DNA of 64,000 nucleotides, taken from Octopus sinensis (Eukaryota). How positions within the stretch are numbered: position 1 is the first letter of the stretch; every line of letters starts with the position of its first letter. Under the pieces are notes generated by a model. It was given only the letters and a program-made list of their open reading frames with translations. It ran no database searches and was not told where the DNA came from. Below, piece by piece: positions 28,479-43,102 of this stretch. A program made the position numbers and the translations under genes. The DNA lies in contig NC_043008.1 of the NCBI RefSeq assembly GCF_006345805.1, positions 47,740,001-47,804,000 of the forward strand. The letters run 5' to 3'.

Positions 28479-30079
28479 TATACAGATTAATAAGTAATCA
28501 AATTGAACGTAAGCAGACATAGACTAACAACCACATATATACATAAATTCAGGTCAATGTCCATTTATTGATCGTTGATTGACCACATGATCATATGTAT
28601 AAACGCTGAAGGACGAACCATCCTCATCGTGCTCTTAGCCCGAGGTCGACCCAATGGGCAAAGTATTTAGCTTGGTGACCACCACATCTTTTCCGTTGTA
28701 TGCCAGACAACATGTGTTTATTGTGTCCTTTCCTTCGGGCGGCAGGGTAAGATTTGACCGAGATTTAGCTGTTATTTCTCCTACGTTCCCTCATTATCTC
28801 TTTCAATGGCATTTAATTAATGAATATGACACCGACCAACTTTCATTATCTAAAATCTTCTTCTAACGCAGAGAATGTCGATGCCAATTAACACAGAAAA
28901 CCTCTAACACAAGAAATATCATTTCATCTACACGTTTAGAGATAATCATTTGGACAGGATTGTACTGAAATAGACAAATGTGAGGTCAGGTCAGGTCAGG
29001 TCAAGCCATTTCATCTCGTTCAGGGAATTAGAAATATGAAATATGAAACAAAAATTAGTAGAACAACAGAGAACATCGACGTGTCTTTACCAGCAGTGAA
29101 AGTCTGCGTATGAGACATTCTTCCGCCACATAGTCATATCTAAACACATACACACATAAAGAGAGAGAGAGAGGAGGAGAGAGAGATAGGTGTTTTGAAC
29201 CTATGTGTGTGTATATATGTATATATATATATATATATAAAAGGAGCAAAAATACTGGAGGTTTAGTATACATATATCAAATTATATATGTATATAACTA
29301 TATACATATATATATATAACTATATATATATATGTGTGTGTGTGTGGTGTGTGTGTGTGTATGCATGTATAATAACCTAGTAGAAATTCAGCGCACTTTT
29401 CACAGTAAAACCCTTATAAATTGTCAATTATGCTACAAAGATGCACAAAAACTTTCCATACAGTTGGAACGACCAACTGTTTCCTATTCATCTCCTTATT
29501 CCCAAATAAATTCTAGACTTTTGTGTATCTATAAGGAAAATACTTAGTTCGAGTCGAAGATTTTTAACTCGAAGAGCAAAGCCACACAGAAACACGCAAA
29601 TTTCTTCACGAAAACAACATGCATGTTTTCGTATGATTGTTTGTTTGCAGAAAAAGACTGTAAAGTTTGAAACATTTCGAATTTCTGTTTCATGTTGATT
29701 CTTGTTCTTAAACTTTGGAAAATTTGCCAGTATTGACTTGGACAAATACTTCAGGTCAGCAGCTGAAAGCAAATTTGAAAGAGCAGCCTTGAAAGAATTC
29801 TGATGAAAAAAAAATCAATGTAAGAATTGAGTTATTTGTCTCTAATTATTGTATATTGAGTTCAAGTTAAAAGAGAATTTCAAGACGGCTCTACGATCGA
29901 CTCCCAGATTAAATGTTTACATGTCCAGTCTATGTCGAGCTTTATGTTTACACATACAGGTTTTAGTTTCCATAGCAAACACCTATTGAAATGCGTGGAT
30001 AATAGGAAATGCTTGGTATTACAGCAACAAAGTATTTTGCAGTCCATGCTACAGGTTGTATTCAAATAGGATAGTGTTT

Positions 30080-30474
30080 AAATAAGTTTTTCTACTCTAG
30101 GAACAAGGCTCTAAATTTTGGGGGAGGGGGCCAGTTGATTAGATAGACCCCAGTACGTAACTGGTACTTAATTTATCAACACCGAAAGAATAAAATACAA
30201 AGGCCACCTCGGCGGAATTTGAGCTCAGATCAAAAAGACAGACGAAATACCTATTTCTTTACTACCCACAAGGGGCTAAACACAGAGGGGACAGACAAAA
30301 GGATTAAGTCGATTACATCAACCCCAGTGCGTAACTGGTACTTAATTTATCGACCCCGAAAGGATGAAAGCAACTTCGACCACGGCGGAATTTGAACTTA
30401 GAACGTAGTGGTAGACCAAAACAACTAAGCCTTTACCTCGGCGTGCTAACGTTTCTGCCAGCTCGCCGCCTTAT
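30080..30474 (-). mobile_element. Dimeric family-B SINE with 11-bp flanking direct repeat
   Basis: Full unit 30251-30471 followed by a headless second unit 30088-30250. GGATAGTGTTT flanks both sides (30069-30079 and 30475-30485). Confidence 0.85.
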
Positions 30475-31655
30475 GGATAGTGTTTTAGTTATAATAATAA
30501 TGAGAAAGGAATTTTAGTTATAATAATAATGAAAGGAATTTTTCATTACAAGCACGGCCACAATATTTTCAAATGTAGAGTGGCAAGAAACGGATTGCAA
30601 AGTGAGTAGGAATCTTGAAATTATAACCAACGTATTTTCCTTTGTGTTTAAGTTTACAGAACAAAGCAAGAGAATACTTCAAGCAAGATATTTCTGTAAA
30701 TACACCTGCTCAGAACGTCACAAATAAACAAAGGATGGGGAGGCCGACCTGTTAGAAATAGCAGCCAGATCTCCATGGCTTGCAGGAAAAAAAAAGAGAG
30801 AGAAATCATTCGGTTGTGTAGCCATAAATACAGCAAGTCTCGAAAACTATACACGCACACACACACATATTCACACACACATATTCACACACACGCGTGC
30901 ACACACACATATATACATATATACTACATATATATATCGCTAAATAATGACGGTAACAATAAGCATAAGGAAACAGTGTTGCAATAACTCTGATAGGTTA
31001 GTTTTGCCACAGTTCCGTCAGTGCTGATGTTCTTAGAGATTAGCCTCCAGTTCTAGGTTAATAGACACATTATATAATAGTGAGAATGATGTGTTGTGTT
31101 CTAAATAGAGGCATCACCTAGATGATATTCCAGACAACACACAGAAATAATCTCTGGGGACGACTAAAACTCTGCGGAATAGAGAGAAGACGAAGAAATA
31201 ATGACGATAATTTTGCTATCCCAGTTCTATATCAATCATAGATATCGTATCGTTGTAATAAGGAAGGTGCTTGAATAGCAACACCGGACTGCATTCACAG
31301 CGCTTATTTAACTACACAGTTAAGAATATTGGATTGGAGAGATAGAAGGGAGAGATATAACAAGATTGATGCGTATGAATAGCAAAAGAGGTAAGAATAT
31401 CTCGCTATAATCGAGAAGTCTTTAACCAGTTCCTGGCTACTGTTAAAGGTATACAAATGTAATGCATAAATATATCTGAATGAAAATATATAATGGGAAA
31501 AGATAAGACAAAAATTTATAGAAGCTGAGCGCAGAGAAAACGTAATGAATGAATATTGAATGTAATCATACATACCTACAGAGGAATATATATATATATA
31601 TAAATATATATATATATAGAGAGAGAGAGAGGGGGGAGACAGACAGACAGATTGT

Positions 31656-31780
<125 letters not shown>

Positions 31781-33339
31781 GCATATACATACATATACAT
31801 ATACCGTATATGCATGTTTGTATTGTATGTCGGTATGCATTTACCAAACTGTCTAAGTAGCTTTCCTTTTATGCATAACGTATTGAAGCGCAACCATTTT
31901 GCAATTAACTTTTATTAGGGTCGTTTCGTATCTTACTCTCTGACCCTCGTAATTTGTCCCTAGATTGTGTTTTACCAAAGTTTCGATGCCATGGCAACCT
32001 CATTTATATGCATTACATACTCGTGTTTTCAATATAGCGTATATAAACAAAGACACATATAAGTATATACATGTATATGTATATATTCACAGACACACAC
32101 ACACATAAATACATATACACTATACACACATACACACACACACACACAAATACAAACACACGCATACATAGAGAGAGAGAGAGAAATAGGCGATAGTTAA
32201 TAGAGAAAGACGAAAAGAGGTAACGGTAGTAATAAACAAAAATATCAAAGAACTAAAAGAAAAAGAAAATACAAGATTCCTCTGACAATATTCCATATCT
32301 GACTTTCGGAGATAATTTCGTTATTTAAGAGTTCAAAGTAAATAAATCTTAAATGAAATTCAAATTTCAATTGCTTTTTACAAAATATATTTCCGATATC
32401 GCCGATTCAGATTTCTTTAGAATTTATCATGTTTTGTGTTCTAAAGAAACTAATCGAAGGTCAATATTAATATAAATATCCAACTTGCTTTGATAATGTT
32501 ACGGACCAGACATGTTCAATATGCGCTTGGAAAATATGCTGATTGCTATAACCCGTTGAACCGGTGGGAGGAGCAACAGACACGGCTTTGTCTTCAAGTG
32601 TAACTCAAGTTAGTCCACCTCATCCGTCTCCAAGAACTTACACTCACTCCTCAAACCAAACGATGCATTCGTCAATTTTACAGTTTTATAGCAGCGACTT
32701 GTACCTCTGGTCAACCAATGATGACATGAGAAACAAAATAGATTCTCAGATTTTCGCTGACCATTTGTCAAGTCGAAACCCGTTTTACATTTAAGGGAAT
32801 TATCTACCTCCCTTCTTCTTTCTGCCTGCTAACAATTACTTGTAGTTTTCGAATTCATTTTCCAGTTGAGTGGAAGATTTCAACTAAACTCAGAATGATT
32901 GGTGTGTCCCATTCGCTACATCACCATTAGTGCATAGAAATAAGTGTGCATGTATGTATACGCGTGCGTGTGCGTATACAAGTAGTAAATGGTTGCGATT
33001 ATGCTTCCTGAGTTTCATTCATGAATGTGTACGACTGTATATTTATATATATATATACATTTATTTACTGATATACATATATTGAGAGAGACTAGCAAAC
33101 ACATATATATATATATACATACATGCATTCAACATAACTACGTATTACACACACAGAATACTTAACTACATACGTGCGTAAATATATATATATATGTGTG
33201 TGTAAACATATGTGTGCGTGTGCGTGTGTGAGTATTTATGTATGTATGGTTGTATACACACACTCATATGTATATATGGATGTGTATAGATACATGCATA
33301 TATATATGTACATATATATATATATGTATGTACATATAT

Positions 33340-33394
<55 letters not shown>

Positions 33395-33434
33395 ATATAT
33401 ATATATATAATATATATATAGGGGTGGTATATTC

Positions 33435-33749
33435 ACATAAGTTTAGTGTCTCTAAGCTGGAATGAAATATCGAATTGCTCACCATTCTCTAAATATTTAC
33501 CAGAAAGCTAATTTGTATTTTATAATATAATTGGTCGACTTAGAGAGGATTAAAGATAAACAAATATGAAATATAATACGATTTAGTAATTATTTATATC
33601 ACAAGATATGCTATTCAATGGCTCAGAATAGCAACAGAGACGGTGACAAATTTTTTGATGTTTTATATACATATTTAGTAATTTACTATTCATGTTGTTA
33701 TTCTGTTTTTTCCGTAATCTTATTACTGTTGTTGTTGTTCTTATTATTA

Positions 33750-33837
<88 letters not shown>

Positions 33838-35650
33838 CATTATTATTATTATTATTATCATCTTGAGCTATCAATGTCGGTTTGTTTTTAAGATCGTTTT
33901 CTTTCGCTTCTTTTCAATCATTTTTTTTTATTGCTTTTCACTCAATGTTAACACAAACAATGGTCATGTGAGGTTATTGCGGTTGATGCTGTTGCCGCTG
34001 TTGTTGTTTGTACTGATGTCATTGTCGTCTTCGTTGCTGTTGTTTAACACCAGGTCAGTCATCACTGGACAGACTCGTTCAATTGCATTTATTCACTAAA
34101 GGGATCTCCGTCGTTTTCAATGATTGGTTTTCTAGTTGAAGTTGACCACAGTCACCTGACATTTTAATGTAATCGCCAAGCAAAATGCATATGAAATAGC
34201 ATTCTGAAAATTATCATGACAATAGACTGACTCCCATAATATCTGTCAACGCAATAATATTCAATGCACTAACGTCAACCCGATTCTAAGCTCTGCTAAA
34301 ATAAACCCAACCAAAAACTTCACACAAACCATTCCTATGTCTATATATATATATATATATATATACACACAAGCGCATAATTGTGTATGAGAGAGAGAGA
34401 GGAGGGAGATAGGAGAAAGAGGGAGAAGGTGGGAGAGAGAGATGACGTTTCTCTACCACTTTACCCATTTCCTTCTCCCTATAAACATTGTCAACTAATT
34501 AAGTGCATAATAGTATCTATTTGAAAACTCTCCTTCAGGTTTAGAGAGAAGCTAGGGCCCTATCCATAATTGCTGACGATTTACAAACTTTAGGCAAGAT
34601 AATTTCAAAAAAGAAAAAGGAATTGAAAATAGAAGAAGGTCTTATCGTTATTTATAGACAAGAGGGTAATTATAGATATATTTCTTAACAATTGCACATC
34701 CCCAGCAAAGTATAGTCTATACAAATCTGTATTCATAAGCTGGGATGTTTGACATGAAAAAAAAAAGAATTACCAAGAACTTTAGACCGTATAATATACA
34801 TATTTAAACAGAGATAATTTTTGTTTACTATATTTTCGAAAATTAAAACTTCACTCTTTCCAACTGATTAAATTATGGTCCAAAAATTTCTCATATTGTG
34901 ATCGTTCTAATGCTTCTCTATCAATAATTATGTCTTGCACCAAACAATTATTAGATTTCCCAAGAAACTCGGAAAATAATTGACAAAGAGTTATTCAATT
35001 TCGTTGATATTATCTCCCTTTTTTTCTTACCAGTCGCAAATAATTACCGCAAAGGTTTTGATTTCTTTTCCAAATGGAGATACAAATATAAATTGATCGA
35101 GAATATTTTGTGGCCTTTTATGTTTTAAATCTCAACTTCTATATACAAATGTATATATAAGCGTAGAAGTCTCTATATGTGTGCGCCAATATGGCTAAGT
35201 ATGCGAGATATTGATTCAAGAAATATATCCACTCGTTCATTCATATACATATATATAAAATATATATACATATATATAAAATATATATATGCATGTATAT
35301 ATTTTTGCATATACATATACATATATACATATATACGTATATATGCATATGTATGCAAATATATATACACATATTTTAAACATTCATGCAGATATACTTA
35401 CATAGACACACGTATATACACACGTATACACATAAGTTTAGTGTCTCTAAGCTGGAATGAAATATCGAATTGCTCACCATTCTCTAAATATTTACCAGAA
35501 AGCTAATTTGTATTTTATAATATAATTGGTCGACTTAGAGAGGATTAAAGATAAACAAATATGAAATATAATACGATTTACTAATTAATTATATCACAAG
35601 ATATGCTATTCAATGGCTCAGAATAGCAACAGAGACGGTGACAAATTTTT
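33435..35650 (+). repeat. ~220-bp near-identical direct repeat pair (33435-33655 and 35430-35650)
   Basis: acataagtttagtgtctctaagctgg...agagacggtgacaaattttt is present twice, about 1995 bp apart, with few differences. Confidence 0.9.
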
Positions 35651-35934
35651 AGATATTTATTGTTGTTATTATTCTTATTCTGTTTATTTTGATGTTGCTG
35701 TTAATATTGTTGTCGTTGTTTTTATTACTATTTTCTATCATCATTATTATTATTATTACTTTTTTTTTCTTCTTCCAAATCTGCTTCCATTTCTTGCCGA
35801 GTGTCTTCCCGACTGCTAGGGCAAAGAAATTCATAGTATACATTGGTAGGCCATTAAACCAAACTCAATAGTTCGTTAATTTTTTTATTTATTTATTATT
35901 TTTTTTTAAGTTAAATTAAAATACATGAGCAGCA

Positions 35935-36177
35935 ACAGTTCTCACATCGACAATGCTCTTCTCAATACGTGTGATGTACCAGTTAAGACAATCTTTTGCA
36001 CTTCTTGCAGGGATGGTAAGCCAGGGATCATTGTCATATAATTTTCGGTTCCCTTCTTGATCATTCCTAGTGCTCCTACGATCACTGGTATTGTAACCGC
36101 CTTGAGATGCCACATTTTCTCAATTTCAATGAGTAGGTATTTATATTTTCTGAGCTTGTCAAACTCTTTCGCTGAGA
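35935..36177 (-). mobile_element. 5'-truncated R4/Dong-type LINE 3' end
   Basis: ORF-track peptide KEFDKLRKYKYLLIEIEKMWHLKAVTIPVIVGALGMIKKG...LQEVQKIVLTGTSHVLRRALSM* is the typical RLE-LINE C-terminus. It starts directly after (AAT)n. Confidence 0.85.
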
Positions 36178-36249
36178 TATTATTATTATTATTATTATCA
36201 TTAGATGTCACACAGTATACAATATGGTGAGGTTATTGATTGAAGTTGT

Positions 36250-36441
36250 TGTACCTACCAGGGGTTTGTACTGTTTGTCAAATCACAACAAGGAACTCAG
36301 ACAGACAGGACTTTACGCAATATGCTTACAGTTCCAAGGAATGCTGACTTTTGCAATACATCTAGATTGTAGGGTATCTCTAAGGTTTCCAGATGTTTTT
36401 CTCAGATTGGGTGGTATTGAACCCAGTGCTCCAATGACATC
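36250..36441 (-). mobile_element. Second 5'-truncated R4/Dong-type LINE 3' end
   Basis: After (AAT)n it reads VIGALGSIPPNLRK/HLETLEIPYNLDVLQKSAFLGTVSILRKVLSV* with one frameshift. Confidence 0.8.
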
Positions 36442-36469
36442 ATTATTATTATTATTATTATTATTATTA

Positions 36470-36670
36470 GCTGTCAGAAGCGTTAGCACCACGGACAAGA
36501 TGCTTAGCGGCATTTCGTTCGTCTTTATAGCGCATATTCCACCGAGGTTGACTTTGCATTTCATCATTTCATGGTCGATCAAATAAGCGCCAGTTGAAGA
36601 CTGGGTTGACGTAACCGACTTACCTCTCCCCACCCCGAAAGTGCTGGACTTGTGCCAAAATTTGAAATTA
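36470..36670 (+). mobile_element. Degenerate family-B SINE
   Basis: Diverged match to the family-B core (gcgttagcacc..gatgcttagcggcatttcg..ccgaggttgactttgcatttcatc). Confidence 0.75.
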
Positions 36671-36719
36671 TTATCATTAATATTTTTTTTTAAATAAAAT
36701 ATGTTCCGTTGTCTTTTGC

Positions 36720-37125
36720 TGAACCGGGGTCATCCCTTGACCCTAGGGTCACAGCAGGTCCTCATCTCATGGGGAGTACACGGCGTAAAATGTGTAAAAA
36801 GTTCCTCCACGTTAACACTGCAAGGGAGTTTGTTGAGCTGCTTATCAAGGCCCTTTTTAATTAGCTTTAACGCTCCAATCACCACTCATGCTGTGCTGCT
36901 GTTCATTCCCCACATCTTAGTCACTTCTATTCCTTAGTCTTTGTACTTAAATAACTTTCTCTCTGATGGTACTGTCACATCTATCATTAAGCATCTCTTA
37001 TTCTTCCCCATCTTTGATGATTATGTCCGGCTTGTTTGCCTTGATATCTTTATCGGTGTTGATTGGCATGTCCTAGAGTACTGTTACATCATCTTTTCCG
37101 GTCACAGTTTCAGGTTTATGCTGGT
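36720..37125 (-). mobile_element. Third R4/Dong-type LINE 3' fragment (RLE)
   Basis: HKPETVTGKDDVTVL*DMPINTDKDIKANKPDIIIKD..NKRCLMIDVTVPSE...KYKD*GIEVTKMWGM...VIGALKLIKKG shows the PD..D RLE motif. Confidence 0.8.
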
Positions 37126-38963
37126 GGTGGGTTGGTGGTGGTGGTGTTATTTGCTAAGCTAGCAGCAAAATCTACGGCCATTAAATGAAGCTTTCTTTTA
37201 CTTACCATCCATGATTATACTTGTTGTTGTTATTCTGCAATTCCAGATTAACCCTGATTCCAGAGACCCATATTTCAAAGGTAGCCCTTAATTACAATAC
37301 CAGTAAATTTATCTTTAACTTATTTTAGTATAGAGTGCACATATCACAGCAGTCTCCCGTTCTTTTTACTTACATCTCATACTATATAAAAATATTCCAT
37401 TGGAATATTCCAGTTTCGGGTTGGGGACATTAAACAGCGTATTTATATTTTGATTCCACGCGATCTAACAATTCTTATATAACATTTTATCTCAACAGAC
37501 ATATTAAATATGGGACATATTTTTTTCTGCTTTAGCAACTATAAAACACGGGTCATAGTTAACAGTTATTAGCTGTAGCTTTTATTTTGAGACGTGTTTT
37601 TCTGAAAATATTAATTTATTTCATAACTTGTAATAGCATTCTTTTTGTCGATAACTCCTCCATTGCTGTCTTCCATTTCATTTTAAAATTTGTGGAGTTA
37701 CCTGTGTTATGTAACGTGATTTACGTTGCGTGTGAATGAGTGGTTTTCTTCTTTTTTTTTCTTGTATTCGTCTAAAAATTATTTCTTTGTGTTTACTCTC
37801 AAAAAAATGAAAAACATTTCCAATTACGTGTCTTCCCTCATCCACGCTTCTACAACTGATATCAAAACATTCTTTTGTAATTATAAATGTTGAAGTCGAT
37901 CGGGTTAAGACTCGAACAGCGAGAATAATTATAGGATGTCTACTTCGTTGTTGTCATCGACTCCACAGTCGCTAAAGAAACATTTGCAGTTAATTATTAT
38001 GGTATTAGTTGTTTAGAGTTCGTGAAATTGAGTGTAAATTATGTATGTTGGTCATTAATATTCTTTTTAACAATCTAAACCAATTTCGTCCGTGTGATTG
38101 GACTATCTTCGATATTTTATTCTTTGCAAACAAATATATACCAGGCTCTCTTTTCTTCAGTTTGTTTTTATTCTGTATCCTTCGTGTTTGCTTTACAAAG
38201 TCTTCAGCACTGAAATATCGTACAACAACATATTACTACAGACCAATGGTAACTAATTGGCCAATACTGATTAAACTTCAAATTTCATTTCTAATAGTCC
38301 TCCTCACAACCACCATCATCAAATATCCTTATGATTTGATATGAGATATCCTTAAGACAAAAACAATATGAATAGAAGTAAATTTTTTAGAGAATCCATT
38401 TCCACATCTACTTCTATGTTCCCCCGAATACTTGTCAGGACCCACTTTTAAGCCTGCCTTCTTCCATGGAATTCTTCATTTTCGCCTACATTTACTTATT
38501 TTTAGTAAAGCAGGAAACTAGCGAAAAAAACTGTCCGCGTGAAAGAGGGTTTTGGATGCGCTTCTGGACTAAAAAATATAACATTTGGTGTAAATGGATT
38601 CTTCTTATGTGATACAGGGTCGGATGTATTCACCACTTCTAACAAGACACTCGATAATAGTCACACAATTGTTTAAATCACTGTGTGATAAGTTCGTTAT
38701 ATCTATGTGATATGTTCTGTACACCCTGGGTACGATCACTGATTGGACACAAGCATTTGTTACCAGCCGTATATAGGAGTGTGTGTGTGTGTGAGAGAGA
38801 GAGAGAAAGTGAGTGTGTGTGTGCGCGCGCCTAAGCATATGTGTGTGTTGTATAATCACTAAAACAACCTTTTCCTAAAACAAAACCTGATGTTGCAGTG
38901 CCGATCTCATTCGATCCACGGCCCCAGAGTTCCAAAGTTAAGCTTCATCTGATTTATTATATT

Positions 38964-39186
38964 TATTTCTTTATTGCCCACTAGGGGCTAAACACGGGAG
39001 GGACAAACAAGGACAGACAAACGGATAAAGTCGATTATATCGACCCCAGTGCGTAACTGGTACTTATTTAATCGACCCCGAAAGGATGAAAGGCAAAGTC
39101 GACCTCGGCGGAATTTGAACTCAGAACGTAGCGGCAGACGAAATACCACTAAGCATTTCGCCCGGCGCGCTAACGATTCTGCCAGT
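38964..39186 (-). mobile_element. 5'-truncated family-B SINE with 14-bp TSD
   Basis: Clear family-B body. TGATTTATTATATT flanks it at 38950-38963 and 39187-39200. Confidence 0.9.
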
Positions 39187-39410
39187 TGATTTATTATATT
39201 GGCCTCTCCGCTACGTATTGGTGTCCGTACAACAGGAAGTTTGTCTGGACATAATTTCCAGTAGGTTTTTTTGTAGGTCTGATGATTCTGGTGTGTTGGC
39301 CTGAGGCAGACAGACAGTATTTGATTTCTATGACACAAATGATGTGTCGCTGTAGTTTCTGTAATTATATCGTTTATTTCAAAATTGTATTTGTTTGGTC
39401 ACTTGACCAG

Positions 39411-39475
39411 ACATCTTATATTGGAACTGAAACAATATCATGTTATGGAAGAGACAGGATATCCATTTCAAACAG
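39411..39475 (+). CDS. Candidate short internal exon (unknown gene)
   Basis: ..cacttgaccag|...CAAACAG|gtaatt; 65 nt; open frame HLILELKQYHVMEETGYPFQT. No recognised homology. Confidence 0.25.
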
Positions 39476-40293
39476 GTAATTTTATTCACATTTTTACATA
39501 CGTTTGTATAATTATATATTACATGATGTATATGTTACACAATGAAACGGAATACAAGGAATCGAAATCTTTGAATGAAAGAAATCTTTGTGAAGAAATT
39601 TTATAAATGCCTATCGTGAGTCTTCTACGATGAAATTCTTGTGATTCTTTTTATTCAGAAATCCGTAACTTTCTTGCTGTTCCGCTCAAATTTCGTCTTT
39701 GTTTGACGTTGGCGTCATTCAGTTGGCCTTAGTTGGTCTTTTCATTTCTATTATTTTCTGCATTGTAAACTTCAACAATCATTTTGTCTAAATTATGTAC
39801 AGAGCTGTCTCTTATTGTTTGATGATTGTAATCTGTTATTTGTGTTTTCGTGGAATTCAAATGAGGAGCCGTTTTTAGAATTCTTTGGCAGCCTACATTT
39901 GTGGGCGACTAAAAAAATAACTCAATCTTACACAGAATTCAACCATTTAAAATAGGAAAAAAAAAGCAGTAACTGATTTAATTCTCATTAATTTCCATTC
40001 TTTGTCATGTGATCATATAACCCTCTTAACATTACAATACCATGTTTTTCAGCTCTGGTAACTATGGCAACGTCATTTAAAGTATCCGTCCATTTTTAAG
40101 AATGCAGAGTATCATACCAGAACGATTTAGTTGTTATTACTGCTGAACTGATTCGGCAAATGTGAACTGGTTTTTGTTAACTCATTTATATTTCAAGTTA
40201 AAGAGAGATATGACTCGAGGTGAGGGTCATGTAAGTATCAGCTTAACACAAGAAACCAACTCCAAAGACAATCTAAGACTATGTTTGTTGCAG

Positions 40294-40329
40294 CATTGAA
40301 TATGCTTAATGAATTGTCTTTGCCGCAAG
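40294..40329 (+). CDS. Candidate short internal exon (unknown gene)
   Basis: atgtttgttgcag|...GCAAG|gtaaca; 36 nt, phase 1-1; only one frame is open: (A)LNMLNELSLPQ. Confidence 0.25.
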
Positions 40330-40720
40330 GTAACAACGATATTTGCATTGCAGGATCAGCCATTTTAATAAACGAATTATTAATTCAAACATGTCTATGA
40401 ATACACACAGAAATCCTGTTGAATAATTGTGTGTGTGTGTGTGTGTGTGTATGTGTGTGTGTGTGTGTGTCTGTGTGTCTGTGTGTGTGTCTGTGTGTGT
40501 GTCTGTGTGAGGAGGGGGTGCGGGCGTTTATATCTGAAGGCAACTGGCCATGCATTTATATTCAAATTACGGATTTTATGTGTGTCAATGCATGCAAATG
40601 TATATCTAAAGAGATGTATATATATATATATATAAATGTGTATGTGTGTGTACATACACACACATGTGTAGTACGTGAATATGTAGGTCAATATATGCTT
40701 ATATATACATATATATTCAA

Positions 40721-40788
<68 letters not shown>

Positions 40789-41163
40789 TATATATATGTG
40801 TATGAAAACCTGAAGGACCACTGTAATAAGTGTGTGAATCTGAGAGGGGAAATATGTTGGCTAAAGCAATAATTAACTGATCTTCGTGTATTTTCTTCTA
40901 AGCAAAGCCAGGAACTTTTCAGCAATTCCTTCTATATATACATACGTACATACATATATGTGTATATATGTAACAAAGGAATGCAGGTTCGACTCACACG
41001 CGGATAGAAAAGCCTTCTTATATGCCCATTTATTAGACTATTTTCCTTGGTCATTGCACGGTGATCGCCATAAGCTTGAAGCTTATATAAAAATACCATT
41101 ATTATTATTTACAGGATTGTAAAAACAGCGCCGTATAAAAGAACCTTTCGCACCGAAAAAAAA

Positions 41164-41225
<62 letters not shown>

Positions 41226-41636
41226 GAAGTTATACAAAAAGTATAAATAGACGATGAGTAAAGCATCGGCACAGTTTCGATAGAAAAAGGAGAGAAAGGA
41301 GAGAAGCAAGAAAGAGAAAAGGAAGAGACGTATTTGCAAACCCCTAAATTTTGGGTTTTTCTTTATTCCTAATATTATGCTTTTGATGTAGATCTACGCA
41401 TTGATTTCTCTCTCTCTCTTTCTCTCTTTCGTTTTTCTCACTCCCTCTCTCTTTCCTTCTTTCTCTCTCTCTCTCTATTACTTTGCATCTGTTTTCCATT
41501 CACTTTGTTTTCCTCAAATATTTTATGCTTTAATAGTTTTCTTTCCCCTCTATGTTCTACTGTAATACAGTTGGGTGTATATTCTCTATACGAGTGTATA
41601 TATTATTCTATAACTACTTTATTTACTCCAATGCAG

Positions 41637-41711
41637 AATACACACATCTTACGTTTTGCTGAATGGACTTCAAAAGTACGCATTGTGCCTCTCCATTATA
41701 GAAACGTAATG
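41637..41711 (+). CDS. Candidate exon (unknown gene)
   Basis: tttatttactccaatgcag|...GTAATG|gtaagc; 75 nt, phase 0-0; NTHILRFAEWTSKVRIVPLHYRNVM. Its phase does not directly join the neighbouring candidates. Confidence 0.2.
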
Positions 41712-42756
41712 GTAAGCAACAATAACGTCACTGCGTGGTTATCCGAGCTGCTAGAAGTAACAACCACATCTCCTCCAACTTACCATTTCTCTCTTAAAAC
41801 ATGAAACGATATATAATTGATTATGTAACCTTATGTATATCTTAATAAATTACGATACGCTCACGATTGGAGAGGATTTGATCATTGGTCGATTAGACAA
41901 CAGGATCAACAATAACGACGACGACGACGACAATAACAGCGCGTCTAATTAATTCTGATAATTAGGTAATTTACCAATGTCTGTTAAATTTCTGAAGAAA
42001 GTTATTTAAATCTTTTTATCTATAGAAAGAAAAAAAGTACCGTAATTGAAGTCATTGGTGAGAGGAGAAGAAAGTTCAAACCGAATCGATCTCTTTAGTC
42101 GAAGTCATTTCCTTGTATTGACCTCGTTGATATCTATCAAGAATTTCATCTATACAGGAATTACATCTCATGCCAACACCTTCAAAAGAGCTCGGTCGTT
42201 TAATTGCTTGCATTATATTAATATTATTGAAATAACGTATTAAATTAGACCTATTCAACTTTGAAGAATCTTTCAACTTGGCATTAGTCAGGAATCTTGC
42301 TCTAATCGGTCCAGTTTAATTAATCTACTGAATCTATTAAAGTTTACAGCAGCCGAAAATGACTTCCTTTAAAAATTACTTCTCTGCAGTTCATACCTTA
42401 TGAGAAAAGTGATTTGGGCACATGCTTTTACGGGATATATAATATATGTGTATGTGTGTGTGTGTCCCTCTCTCTCTCTCTCCCTCTCTCTCTTTCTTTC
42501 TTTCTCTCTCTCGCTCGCTGTCTCTCTCCCTCTATCAATTTTTCCATCTATCTCACTGTGTATATATGAAGAACAGATAACAGATTTTCGGAAGAGAAAA
42601 CACTTGATTCGAACTTAAATTGAGAGGTCTATGTGAGAAACTAATTCTGCTGGCTAAAGAATGGGTATAAGTGAAACCAAGGTTTCTAGATATGGACGCA
42701 ATTATGCGGTTAAACAAATAATTAAATAAAACAATATAACACCTTAGGTTTGATAT

Positions 42757-42836
<80 letters not shown>

Positions 42837-43020
42837 TTGACGACTCTACTAGAATGAACGAAAGCGCTGTATATGATATATGATATATGATGTATAAAAA
42901 CGTGTAACATACAAATAGATATATGTAAATATAAAACCATCCGAATCTCTGAGTACCTCATTTCTTCTAATATATGTATTCATAGACATATATGTACATA
43001 TGTATATATTTATATCTATA

Positions 43021-43099
<79 letters not shown>

Positions 43100-43102
<3 letters not shown>

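Noticed and set aside
38175-38210. CTGAAGA-CTTTGTAAAG-CAAAC on the minus strand
   Set aside because: G12 is missing and there is no stem I; likely chance.
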